From: Actinomycetota bacterium
GTDB taxonomy: Bacteria; Actinomycetota; Acidimicrobiia; Acidimicrobiales; SZUA-35
Reading direction: 5' to 3'
DNA: 56,184 nucleotides
Assembly (NCBI GenBank): GCA_039029335.1
Contig: JBCCGJ010000003.1
Location: 1 to 56,184 of the forward strand
In this document: piece after piece, positions 1 to 8,705 of the stretch
Numbering within the stretch: position 1 is the first letter of the stretch
Layout of the letters: every line of letters starts with the position of its first letter
Notes under the pieces: model-generated
Told to the model about the DNA's origin: nothing
Databases searched by the model: none
The model's input: the letters and a program-made list of their open reading frames with translations, nothing else
Position numbers and translations under genes: made by a program

Positions 1-276
1 CGCCATGACCAGGTCGGCGACGTCGGTGATGAACCGGGCGCCCATGAGGCCGAACACGGCCATGCGGCTCCGGAGGAGCAGGGCGACAAGCAGCCCGAGG
101 CCGACGCCGATGTTGCGATTGGCGTAGAGCCCGACCGCGAAGTTCGAATCGTCGTTGACCACCAGGTCGGGGAATTGGTTGGACGAGTCGATATGGGCGA
201 GCGCACCGAACAGCAGGGCCGCAAGCAGGTGGAGGCCGGCGATGACGATCACGGAGCGTGGGAGGTTCTGGTTCAC
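1..276 (-). CDS. Membrane protein, partial (runs off the window start); DUF4267-like
   Basis: Manual translation from GTG at 276: MNQNLPRSVIVIAGLHLLAALLFGALAHIDSSNQFPDLVVNDDSNFAVGLYANRNIGVGLGLLVALLLRSRMAVFGLMGARFITDVADLVMA. Hydrophobic helices, GGAAGG upstream, divergent from the TetR gene. Not in the ORF track because it has no stop inside the window. Confidence 0.7.
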   Translation of the reverse strand, partial: MNQNLPRSVIVIAGLHLLAALLFGALAHIDSSNQFPDLVVNDDSNFAVGLYANRNIGVGLGLLVALLLRSRMAVFGLMGARFITDVADLVMA

Positions 277-333
277 GAAGCGGTTCTGCCTTCCGGTCGG
301 CACCGACACCATCGGGTCGGGTGATGGTATTTC

Positions 334-401
334 CGATACAACGTGTAGCTCTTCGGGGGACACTATCTCCGTCTGCACGTTAAACGCAACAACTTGTAGC
401 G
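334..401. promoter_or_regulatory. Two imperfect palindromes, putative TetR operators
   Basis: CGATACAACGTGTAGCT (334-350) and CGCAACAACTTGTAGCG (385-401) share ACAACnTGTAGC and lie between the divergent membrane-protein and TetR genes. Confidence 0.5.
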
Positions 402-426
402 CTTTTGTCTCGGATACGGTGGGTGG

Positions 427-999
427 GTGAGTTCTCGTCCCGGTCGCCGAGCCGGCCCGACCGCCGAAACCCAGGAGCAGGTGTTGCAGGCCGCGTTCCG
501 CCTGCTGTGCGACGAAGGGCCCGCCGCGCTCACGCCGGTTCGTATCCACCAGGAGACCGGCGTTGCCCGGACCACGATCTACCGGCACTGGCCGAGCGCC
601 GAGCACATCGTCGACGACATCATGATCAGGGCCATCGCCCGGGTTGAGCTCGACGAGCTGACCGGTGACCTCGCAGAGGATCTGGCAACAGCGGTCGGGA
701 CCCTCACGTTCCGGTTCGAGAATCGACCGGTCGCCGCGTTCTACCGGGCCACCCTGGCGTTGGACGACCCGGCCATCTCACCGACAAAAAGCCAGACGTA
801 CATCGGCGGTCTCATTGAACCGGTGCGCGATGTGATTACGAGCGGGGTTGCCGCAGGCCAACTTCGGGGTGACGTCGATCAACTGACCGCCTCCCTGTGC
901 GGCCCGCTGCTACTCGATCATCTGTTGCTCGGCCGTCCGGTTGATGCGCAGGCGGTCTCGGATGGGATCGACCGGTTCCTGGCCAACCACGGCCACTAG
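427..999 (+). CDS. TetR/AcrR family transcriptional regulator
   Basis: N-terminal HTH (ALTPVRIHQETGVARTTIYRHW) and TetR-type C-terminus. TACGGT -10 box 6 nt before the GTG (leaderless). Confidence 0.9.
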   Translation: MSSRPGRRAGPTAETQEQVLQAAFRLLCDEGPAALTPVRIHQETGVARTTIYRHWPSAEHIVDDIMIRAIARVELDELTGDLAEDLATAVGTLTFRFENRPVAAFYRATLALDDPAISPTKSQTYIGGLIEPVRDVITSGVAAGQLRGDVDQLTASLCGPLLLDHLLLGRPVDAQAVSDGIDRFLANHGH

Positions 1000-1024
1000 C
1001 CCGGGCGTCGCCAAGGTCGATCGG

Positions 1025-2224
1025 TCAGCCCCGGGGCACGTCGATCCAGGGAATGTCCTTGTCGACCCGGGGTTCGCCGGGCAGGCCGAGGACCTGCTCA
1101 CCAAGGATGTTCTTCATGACCTCGGTTGTGCCACCCTCGATGGTGTTGGCCCTGGCCCGAAGGAACGCATAGCCGATGCCACCGCCGGTCATGTCGGTGG
1201 AGCTGGGGCGACGGAACGTGTAGTCGTAGTCGATCAGCCCGGCCATGCCCTGTAGATCCACGGCCGCTTCGAAGATGTCCTGGTTGAGGATCGCGCCGAC
1301 CGCCTTGCCGACCGAACCCTCCGGCCCGGGGTTGCCGGCCCTGGCCGCCTGGGCCGCCCGGCGATTGGTGAGCCGCAGCACCTCGGCCCGGACCCACAGA
1401 TCCATGATCCGCTCCCGGGTGGCGGCATCGCGGTCGGTGGCGCCCTTCTTGTAGAGCTCAACGAGGTGGGCGATCGGGCCGCTGCCCCGCTTGGGGCCAC
1501 CGCCCCCACCACCGCCACCGCCGATGGCGGTTCGCTCGTTCATGAGGGTGGTCAGGGCGGCTCGCCAGCCCTCACCTTCCGCGCCGATCCGATGGGCGTC
1601 CGGAACCCGGACGTCGGTCATGTAGACCTCGTTGAACTCGGCCTCGCCGGTGATCTGACGGAGCGGACGGACGTCGACCCCGTCCGCCTTCATGTCGAGG
1701 GCGAAGTAGGTCATACCCCGATGCTTCGGGGCCTGCGGGTCGGTCCGGGTGACCAGCATGCCCCAGTCGGCGGTGTGGGCCAGGGTGTTCCACACCTTCT
1801 GGCCGTTCACAAGCCACTCGTCACCGTCCCGGACCGCCTTGGTACCCAGACCGGCGAAGTCGGAGCCGGCGCCTGGCTCGGAGAACAGCTGGCACCACTT
1901 CTCCTCACCGGTGAACATCGGCCGCAGGAAGCGGGCCTTCACCGCATCGTCTCCGTGGGTCACGATGGTGGGACCGGCCAGCATCATGAAGAACTGCGAC
2001 ATCTCCATGGGGGCTGCGCCCGCCTCGGCCAGCCGGGCCGCCACCGCCTTTTGGAGCTGGGGTGCAACGCCGAGACCGCCGGACCCCTCGGGAAACTGGA
2101 CCCAGGCAAGACCGGCGTCGAATTGGTGCCCCCGGAATTCGGCGTAGCTTTCGGCCTTCGGGTCGTGGGCGGCGAGCAGGGCGTCGAGCGCGGACTCGAC
2201 CTTCTGGGGATCGGTGTCGGTCAT
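1025..2224 (-). CDS. Acyl-CoA dehydrogenase
   Basis: WCQLFSEPGAGSD, NGQKVW, FNEVYMTDVRVP and TIEGGTTEVMKN motifs. Confidence 0.93.
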   Translation of the reverse strand: MTDTDPQKVESALDALLAAHDPKAESYAEFRGHQFDAGLAWVQFPEGSGGLGVAPQLQKAVAARLAEAGAAPMEMSQFFMMLAGPTIVTHGDDAVKARFLRPMFTGEEKWCQLFSEPGAGSDFAGLGTKAVRDGDEWLVNGQKVWNTLAHTADWGMLVTRTDPQAPKHRGMTYFALDMKADGVDVRPLRQITGEAEFNEVYMTDVRVPDAHRIGAEGEGWRAALTTLMNERTAIGGGGGGGGGPKRGSGPIAHLVELYKKGATDRDAATRERIMDLWVRAEVLRLTNRRAAQAARAGNPGPEGSVGKAVGAILNQDIFEAAVDLQGMAGLIDYDYTFRRPSSTDMTGGGIGYAFLRARANTIEGGTTEVMKNILGEQVLGLPGEPRVDKDIPWIDVPRG

Positions 2225-2269
2225 GGGCCGAGTATGTCAGCGGACGGGACCGCGTGGCCACCCCGGTCG

Positions 2270-2297
2270 TGTTGCGATTTCGGCCTAAATCGCAACA
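2270..2297. repeat. Perfect 11-bp inverted repeat (REP-like element, terminator or operator)
   Basis: TGTTGCGATTT-CGGCCT-AAATCGCAACA in the intergenic region. Confidence 0.55.
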
Positions 2298-2356
2298 ATC
2301 GCCAGCCGAAGCGGCACTACTTCGGTCGGGTGGTGTCCGCCGATCGGGCCGACCGC

Positions 2357-3046
2357 TCAGCGGAGTCCGGACCAGGCCAGGAAGTTGGTGATCATCATCC
2401 GGCCGTCCGGGTGTTCGTCCGTCCAGTACTCCGGGTGGAACTGTGTGCCGCAGACCTTTCGCGTGTGGTGGGCGGCCATCTGGACCGGCGTCGACCGGGT
2501 GCTGGCCAGGACCGAAAAACCGGCGGGCGGGTCCGGAACGTGCAGAGCGTGGGCGTGGCGGACGACCGGTGGGTGGTCGAACCCGGCCAGGAGTGGATGC
2601 GACGCCGCACCGGGGGAGAGCTCTATCGGGTGGTAGCCGAACTCGAACGGTTGGCCGGAACCGATCTCGGTCATCATCGGATCTTCGACTCCCTCCGCGG
2701 GCGGGTCGAGCGGAACAAGCGTTGCGCCGAGGGCCTCGGCCAGGAGCTGGAACCCGCCGCAGAACCCGAATATCGGCAGATCGGTATCCCGGACGATGCG
2801 GTGGATCGGTGCCAAGTCGTCCGGCGAGTACATCTCCGGCGCACTGGAGTTTCCGCTGATGAAGACGGCCTCGGCTCCGATGCGGTCCAGCAGCTCCTCG
2901 TCGATCCGGTCGTACCGAACCAGGTGACAGTGCCTGCCGGACAGGTCCTCCAGCCGGTAGGTGAGTGTCGTTCTGGCGGCCAGCAGCTGTTGGGCATGCG
3001 GCTCACCTCGGCTGTCGGCGTGTTCGAAGTCGACAAAGACCAGCAT
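2357..3046 (-). CDS. Class I glutamine amidotransferase (GMP-synthase GATase-like)
   Basis: PIFGFCGGFQLL nucleophile elbow and GTQFHPE catalytic His/Glu motif. Confidence 0.88.
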   Translation of the reverse strand: MLVFVDFEHADSRGEPHAQQLLAARTTLTYRLEDLSGRHCHLVRYDRIDEELLDRIGAEAVFISGNSSAPEMYSPDDLAPIHRIVRDTDLPIFGFCGGFQLLAEALGATLVPLDPPAEGVEDPMMTEIGSGQPFEFGYHPIELSPGAASHPLLAGFDHPPVVRHAHALHVPDPPAGFSVLASTRSTPVQMAAHHTRKVCGTQFHPEYWTDEHPDGRMMITNFLAWSGLR

Positions 3047-3128
3047 GGGGCCAGCCTAAGGAGGCCGCACGTGGTCCGGTCCCGGCAACCCGGGGTCGAG
3101 GTGGTGAGCGGGACGGGCGGCGATCCGA

Positions 3129-4178
3129 TCAGAACGCCGGACCGGTGGGGATGTTGTAGGGCGTGATCACCTGGAGCGGGGCCGGCTCGGTCGACGGGAC
3201 GCCGGGTACCGCACCGTGGGCCTGCATGACCAGTTGGCAGGTGCGGTGCGCATCGATCGTCAGGTCATGATGCAGCACCGCTGACAGTTGGCCGGAGGAA
3301 AGCAGCCGCCGATTCTCGCCGTCGAGGTCGTGGGCGATGTACACCGGCGGTCCATGGGCCCGCCGCTTGAGCGTTTCGAGGGTGGCGAGGTTGCCGCCGC
3401 CGATCGAGTAGACCGCATCGATCTTGTGTTCGCCGAGGAGGTGGTCGAGATCCCGACTGATCGTGTCGGCCAGTCCTTCGGTCTCGGTGAGATCGAGGAT
3501 CTGCCAGTCGGCCGCCAGCCTGCGGGCCGTGGTCCGGAAGCCGATCTCGCGCTCCTCCTCGCCTCGGAAGCTCAGGCTGCTCATGGTCACGAGCACGGTG
3601 CGCCGCCCGCCGGTGCTGTCGACGTTCGGCCCAAGCCACCGGTCGATCAGGTATGCGGCGGTGGCTCCCGACGCCCGATTGTCGACGCCGACGTAGGCAA
3701 GCCGTCGGCTGGTGGGGAGATCGGTCACGATCGTGATGACCGGGATGCCGGCGTTGTGGAGTCGGCCGACGGCGGCCGTGACCTCCGGGGCATCCGGCGC
3801 CTTTAGTACGACTGCGTGGCTTCCGCGGCGGGCGATGTCGTCCAGGCCGTCGGCGATCGCGGACGGGTCGATGCGCTCGAACGTCTGTGGTCGGATGGTG
3901 AAGGCGGCCGGTCGCAGCGTCGGAATCACCCGTTCGAAGGCGTCCCAGACGGCTGCGGAGAACCGGCGCGGGCTGTGCATCACCAGGTCGACGGCGAAGG
4001 TTCGACCTCCGAGCTCGAACGCCTCCCGATCCCGTTCAAGCTCGGCGATGGCCCGCCGGACGCGAGCCGCCGTGTCGGCCCGCACCCCGGGACGCTGGTG
4101 AAGGACGCGGTCAACCGTTGCGACACTCACGCCGGCATGGCGGGCGACGTCACGGATCGGAAACGGGTGGCGACCCAC
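3129..4178 (-). CDS. LacI family transcriptional regulator
   Basis: IRDVARHAGVSVATVDRVL HTH plus periplasmic-binding-protein fold (YVGVDNRASGATAA). Confidence 0.92.
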   Translation of the reverse strand: MGRHPFPIRDVARHAGVSVATVDRVLHQRPGVRADTAARVRRAIAELERDREAFELGGRTFAVDLVMHSPRRFSAAVWDAFERVIPTLRPAAFTIRPQTFERIDPSAIADGLDDIARRGSHAVVLKAPDAPEVTAAVGRLHNAGIPVITIVTDLPTSRRLAYVGVDNRASGATAAYLIDRWLGPNVDSTGGRRTVLVTMSSLSFRGEEEREIGFRTTARRLAADWQILDLTETEGLADTISRDLDHLLGEHKIDAVYSIGGGNLATLETLKRRAHGPPVYIAHDLDGENRRLLSSGQLSAVLHHDLTIDAHRTCQLVMQAHGAVPGVPSTEPAPLQVITPYNIPTGPAF

Positions 4179-4207
4179 ACACCGAGCCTACGATCTCGAC
4201 TGGTTAT

Positions 4208-4234
4208 TGATGCAAAAATGATGGGTTTCTGATC
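4208..4234. promoter_or_regulatory. TGAT(G/C) direct repeats with 11-bp period, candidate operator
   Basis: TGATG at 4208, TGATG at 4219 and TGATC at 4230 in the AT-rich spacer between the divergent lacI-like and phyH-like genes. Confidence 0.45.
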
Positions 4235-4281
4235 GATTTGCCGTCTGGCCGGCCACGCACCGGCCGATTTACGGTCGAACC

Positions 4282-5457
4282 ATGGCCCACTCCGCACTCC
4301 GACGTTCCCCCTACTGGTCGGCCGACGACGTCGACCTCGACGAGCTGGTTGCGCTGATCGATCGCCCGACCGCCACCGCCGACTACCCGAATGCGCGGAC
4401 GATCGTTGATGGCATCGTCGTCTACGACGCCACCGCAATCGACCGGGATCCGGAGTCCGACGCCAGACGCGACGTGCTGGGCGAGATTGCGTTCGCCCTC
4501 TCGGACGGCCCGGGAATCGTGGTGATCCGAAACGGGGTGGCGCCGGATGTGCTGGATCGAGCGACGGCCGCGTTCCACACCCTCATCGAGTCGGAACGGG
4601 ATTCGAACCACGGTGGGGGTGACCACTTCGCAAAGGCCGGAGCGAACGATCGGGTCTGGAACGCCCTCGAAAAGCTTGCCGTGGCCGACCCGGCGACTTT
4701 CGTCGACTACTACGAGAGCGAAGCGGTGGCGCTTGCGTCGCTGGCGTGGCTCGGGCCGGGCTATCAGATCACCTCGCAGGTCAACGTGGTGAATCCGGGA
4801 GGGGACGCACAGTCGCCGCACCGCGACTACCACCTGGGTTTCATGAGCGAGGCGCAGGTTGCGAGATACCCCGGTCACGTGCACGAGATGTCGAGTCGGC
4901 TCACCCTCCAGGGAGCGGTCGCCCACGTCGACATGCCCGTCGAGACCGGCCCGACGAAGCTACTGCCCCACAGCCAGAAGTACCCGCTCGGTTTCCTGGC
5001 CTACCGGCACCCCGAGGTGATCGAGCTCTTTGAGACGCGCTTCCGCCAGCCCGGCCTCACCGCGGGCGACACGCTCTTCTTCAATCCGGCGGTCTTTCAC
5101 GCAGCGGGTTCGAACCGAACCACCGACGTCCGGCGGATGGCCAACCTCCTCCAGGTCAGCAGTCCGTTCGGCATTGCGATGGAGTCGATCGACCGGGCGC
5201 GAATCAGCCGGGCGGTCCACCCCGAACTGCTGGAACGACGGGCGGCCGGGTGGTCCTCGGCGGCGATCGGCCGAGTGATCGCTGCAGCGGCCCAGGGCTA
5301 CGCGTTCCCGACCAACCTCGACTTCGATCCACCGATCGATGGTTTGGCGCCCACGTCACAGGCCGACCTGCTGCACGAGGCGGTCTTCGACGGTTGGTCT
5401 GCCGACCGGCTCGACGCCGCGTTGGACGCCCACGCCCATCGTCGGCACAGCCACTGA
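4282..5457 (+). CDS. Phytanoyl-CoA dioxygenase (PhyH) family Fe(II)/2OG oxygenase
   Basis: HRD facial-triad motif (QSPHRDYH), GPTKLLPHS, and distal His/Arg (FHAAGSNRTTDVRR). Confidence 0.9.
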   Translation: MAHSALRRSPYWSADDVDLDELVALIDRPTATADYPNARTIVDGIVVYDATAIDRDPESDARRDVLGEIAFALSDGPGIVVIRNGVAPDVLDRATAAFHTLIESERDSNHGGGDHFAKAGANDRVWNALEKLAVADPATFVDYYESEAVALASLAWLGPGYQITSQVNVVNPGGDAQSPHRDYHLGFMSEAQVARYPGHVHEMSSRLTLQGAVAHVDMPVETGPTKLLPHSQKYPLGFLAYRHPEVIELFETRFRQPGLTAGDTLFFNPAVFHAAGSNRTTDVRRMANLLQVSSPFGIAMESIDRARISRAVHPELLERRAAGWSSAAIGRVIAAAAQGYAFPTNLDFDPPIDGLAPTSQADLLHEAVFDGWSADRLDAALDAHAHRRHSH

Positions 5458-5587
5458 GGCCGCACCACACGGTGGACGCCGGGCCGGCGGCAATCGGCTC
5501 CGCCGGCTTCAACCGCTGCGGGCGGTCCTTGCCGTCGCCTGTCAAAAGCCCCTGCGCTCCCGGTCGACGTTGGCTACGGTTGCTGAC

Positions 5588-6247
5588 GTGAGCGGTTCTC
5601 CGCGGTCCGAGCTCGACGAGGTCCTGGCCGACTATCCGAGCGGTCCCGACGCCCCGCTTGCCGCCATCGCAACCGCTGCGGAAGCAGCGCAGACCGCCGA
5701 GCGGCTGATCCTGGTCGAAGGCATCAGCGATCAGATCGCCGTTACCGCCCTGGCCGAGCGTCAGGGCCGGGACCTGGTGGCCGAGGGGATCGTCGTCTTC
5801 CCCATCGGCGGTGCGCAGGCCGTCGGTCGGTACCTCGTTGCGCTCACGGCCGAGCGGCCCGGCCGACCGATCGGCGGTCTGTTCGACGCAGCCGAAGAGC
5901 CGTTTGTCATCCGGGCGGTGGCAGACGCCGGGCTTGCCTCGCCCGCCGACCGGGTCGAGCTTGGCCGCCTCGGGTTCTTTACCTGTGTGGAGGATCTGGA
6001 GGACGAGTTGATCGATGCGTGCGGTTACCAGCTCGTCGAGGAGATCATCGAGCAGCAGGGCGAGCTTCGTTCGTTGCGGACCATGCAGAAGCAGGCCGCC
6101 TGGCGCGATCGCAGTCTCCGATCACAGCTGCGGCGGTTCGTCAGCGTACGGTCCGGCAGAAAGCACCGGTACGCCCGACTACTGACCATGGCCGTTGACG
6201 ACAACCGGGTGCCGGCACCGCTGCGTGCGGTGCTTCAGACCGCGTAA
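5588..6247 (+). CDS. Stand-alone OLD-family TOPRIM domain protein
   Basis: LILVEGISD, GGLFDAAEE and FFTCVEDLEDEL motifs. Start re-assigned to GTG 5588 because TACGGT lies 7 nt upstream. Confidence 0.75.
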   Translation: MSGSPRSELDEVLADYPSGPDAPLAAIATAAEAAQTAERLILVEGISDQIAVTALAERQGRDLVAEGIVVFPIGGAQAVGRYLVALTAERPGRPIGGLFDAAEEPFVIRAVADAGLASPADRVELGRLGFFTCVEDLEDELIDACGYQLVEEIIEQQGELRSLRTMQKQAAWRDRSLRSQLRRFVSVRSGRKHRYARLLTMAVDDNRVPAPLRAVLQTA

Positions 6248-6930
6248 CGAGGATCGGCGGTCTGCTCGGCCAGGTCCTCGAACCGGAACGTGTGGCGACC
6301 AAACCGCCAGGATTCGATCCGTCGCTGGAAGGGTAGGAAGCCGGCCTGCCGACAGCCGATGTCCGCCCCGCGGTTGCCGATCTCCACGTAGGCGTCGGCG
6401 AATCGCACCGCACCGGCGCTGTTTCGCCTTGCCTCCTCGGCCATGAGATACAGCGCACGGGCCATCACCCGTTGGCCTCGAAAGTCGGGGGGCGTCCACG
6501 CACCCTCAACCAGGAGGGTGTCCGGGCCGAACGGCGGGAACAGATTGCCCCAGTGCCGTCCGACCAGGTCCGCCTGTTCGTGGGGAATGAAGAACTGGAG
6601 GTAGGCGGGTCTGCCGTCGGGGGCGACCGCCACGTAGCCACCCTTGAATCCCAACTGCCACATCGCTCGTCGACGATCGAGGTACAACCGGTTGTTGGCA
6701 TCCAGACCGGGGACGTTGAAGAGGGCGTCCGCCAGCCGATCATCGAGCGGTTCGATCCGAAGCTCGAGCACCGGATCCGGCGGGTCGGCGACCGGCTCGG
6801 CGTAGTCCCGGCGATAGCCCAGAGACTGCGTGTCGGAGCGGAACCACCGCCGCACGTTCGAACCGAGCAGCCCAACATCCCCACGTCTGGTGAGGTTGAT
6901 CATCTTCTTCGTTCGCCGAACCACCGGCAT
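6235..6930 (-). CDS. GNAT-like protein
   Basis: LLVEGAWTPPDFRGQRVMARA resembles acetyl-CoA binding motif A. ATG at 6930 preceded by GGGGAG. Confidence 0.65.
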   Translation of the reverse strand: MPVVRRTKKMINLTRRGDVGLLGSNVRRWFRSDTQSLGYRRDYAEPVADPPDPVLELRIEPLDDRLADALFNVPGLDANNRLYLDRRRAMWQLGFKGGYVAVAPDGRPAYLQFFIPHEQADLVGRHWGNLFPPFGPDTLLVEGAWTPPDFRGQRVMARALYLMAEEARRNSAGAVRFADAYVEIGNRGADIGCRQAGFLPFQRRIESWRFGRHTFRFEDLAEQTADPRYAV

Positions 6931-7028
6931 GGTGTCTCCCCGCAGCCGTGTTTGGCCAGGCAGGATAGCTCGGCGATGCAACCTCGAAACCTCTGGACCT
7001 TTCCCGGTGCAGCTGCGTGCTCGATGTT

Positions 7029-8288
7029 CTACAGGTCCAGGTCCCAAAACTCCGAGTCATCATCGTCGGAGTTCTCCTGGTCCCCGTCGTCGCCGTTTGA
7101 GTCCCCGTCCTCGGTGTCATCGTCGTCTGAGTCGTCTTCCGAGGAGGCGTCGTCGGTGTCCGCCTCTTCGGCGTTTTCGTCGGTCGAGTCCTCGGCGTCG
7201 GGATCTTCGAACGCCGTCTCCGGGTACGCCGGGTACCCGGGCCCTGAATTGATGGGCTCCGGGTCCTCGCCCCCTGGATCTGCAGACTGCGACCCGTCCG
7301 AGCGGTCGGCGGGACCATCGGGTGTGACCGATCCGTCGACTGGGATTGGATCCGTTGGCCAGGTCCATTCCGCCGCGGCCGCGGGACGCTGACGGTTTCG
7401 GGTTGCCGCCGATGTCTTGCCGGTCGCCGGACGGGCGATCGCCTCGGTCGGCACGTTCGCTTCCGCATCGGCGGCCGAGGGAGCGTCGCCGTCCACCGCA
7501 CGGTCGTCCGTCGGCTCCGGGGTTCCGTCCGGCGGTACGGCCGTGTCTTCGAAAGTGCGGTCGCCCTGCACGCCCGGAGCGGGCGTCACCGTTGACGGTG
7601 TTGTCGGACCATCCGGCTGGATGACCCCCTCCGGCCCGGACCTGTCGCCGTCCGCGGGAGCGGTGGGCACACCCGACGTACGGGTTGCCAGGACGGTGGT
7701 CACCGCTGCCAATGCGACGACCACCACAGCCGTCACGGTCAGGACGAATCGCAGTCGCAGCATTGCGGATCGGTGCAGCTGGCGGACCGCCTCCGGGGTT
7801 TTGTCCAACGACCGAGCGATCTCGATGGAGTCCTTGTCTTCGAAGTAGCGGCTGACCACAACCCGTCGTTCGGAGTCGGTCAGGTGGTCGAGCAGCTCCA
7901 ATACCCAGGCGGACTGGACCACATCGTCCTCGAACAATCCGTCCGGCCGGTCGGCGGAACAGCTCCGGCCGTGTTTCTCCTCGTCGTAGGCGATCGGGGT
8001 GGCGGCCCGTTTCCGGTGCTCGGATATGACGCCGTTCTTGATTGCCCGGGTCAGATAGGCCGCGAACGTGTCGTCGTCGGCGCTGGCAATGAGACCTGGC
8101 CGGTTCACCACGTCGACAAAGACCTGATCAAAGAGGCTCTCCGGGTCCTCCGCTCCCCGGCGTCCGGCGAACCGTACGCCCGGCAGTCGATGTTTTTGGT
8201 AGAGGCACTCGATCCGCTGCGAGTCCGGCCGCTCACCGTCGCCGTTGAGCCGACGCTCCTGCAGTGTGGTGAGTGGCGGTTGGCTCAT
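7029..8288 (-). CDS. ECF sigma-70 factor with C-terminal transmembrane helix and acidic low-complexity extension
   Basis: Sigma2-like region (LYQKH...EDPESLFDQVF...FAAYLTRAIKN...EHRKR), sigma4 HTH (LTDSERRVVVSRYFEDKDSIEIARSLDKTPEAVRQLHRSAMLRLR), then FVLTVTAVVVVALAAVTTVLA and a Pro/Thr/Asp-rich tail. Confidence 0.85.
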   Translation of the reverse strand: MSQPPLTTLQERRLNGDGERPDSQRIECLYQKHRLPGVRFAGRRGAEDPESLFDQVFVDVVNRPGLIASADDDTFAAYLTRAIKNGVISEHRKRAATPIAYDEEKHGRSCSADRPDGLFEDDVVQSAWVLELLDHLTDSERRVVVSRYFEDKDSIEIARSLDKTPEAVRQLHRSAMLRLRFVLTVTAVVVVALAAVTTVLATRTSGVPTAPADGDRSGPEGVIQPDGPTTPSTVTPAPGVQGDRTFEDTAVPPDGTPEPTDDRAVDGDAPSAADAEANVPTEAIARPATGKTSAATRNRQRPAAAAEWTWPTDPIPVDGSVTPDGPADRSDGSQSADPGGEDPEPINSGPGYPAYPETAFEDPDAEDSTDENAEEADTDDASSEDDSDDDDTEDGDSNGDDGDQENSDDDDSEFWDLDL

Positions 8289-8471
8289 GAGCCCAAACGT
8301 ATGCCGTTGATCCCGTGCGGACCAGGTCTGTCGGACCTAATTCCGGCGGCCGCGGACCTTCCTCACGCTCGATTTTGGGTCTTTTTGCTCAATAACCAAT
8401 GCGCGTCCGCACTCGTTCGAGACCGGGTAAGCGCAGTTGCGTCCCCTCGTCCCCCTGGAGTGTCCGTCGCC

Positions 8472-8699
8472 ATGTTGACATCGGTACAGATCGCGGGTCT
8501 GGTTGCCTTCAACCTCCTGTTACTGATTCTCCTTTTTGTTGCGTTCCGGCTGATCGGGTTCGGCGAGGACCGCCGGGAACGTTCCCGACGGAACATCACC
8601 TCCCCGGAGGAGCTGTTCAGCTTCGACAGCTGGTCGGAAACCGAGCAGCCGCGGCGGCCGATGGGCGGCCCCGGTCGGTCCGGCGGCAACGGCCGGTAG
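8472..8699 (+). CDS. Small single-pass membrane protein (75 aa)
   Basis: MLTSVQIAGLVAFNLLLLILLFVAFRLIG hydrophobic N-terminus, GGAG upstream, stop 6 nt before asnB. Confidence 0.6.
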   Translation: MLTSVQIAGLVAFNLLLLILLFVAFRLIGFGEDRRERSRRNITSPEELFSFDSWSETEQPRRPMGGPGRSGGNGR

Positions 8700-8705
8700 C
8701 AGTCA

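Noticed and set aside
1490-1530. CCG/CCA-rich microsatellite
   Set aside because: It encodes the poly-Gly linker inside the acyl-CoA dehydrogenase with mixed codons and is not a separate element.
5339-7047. Anti-phage defence island or toxin-antitoxin pair (TOPRIM plus GNAT)
   Set aside because: The genes are convergent, with no ATPase, helicase or antitoxin partner and no mobile-element context.
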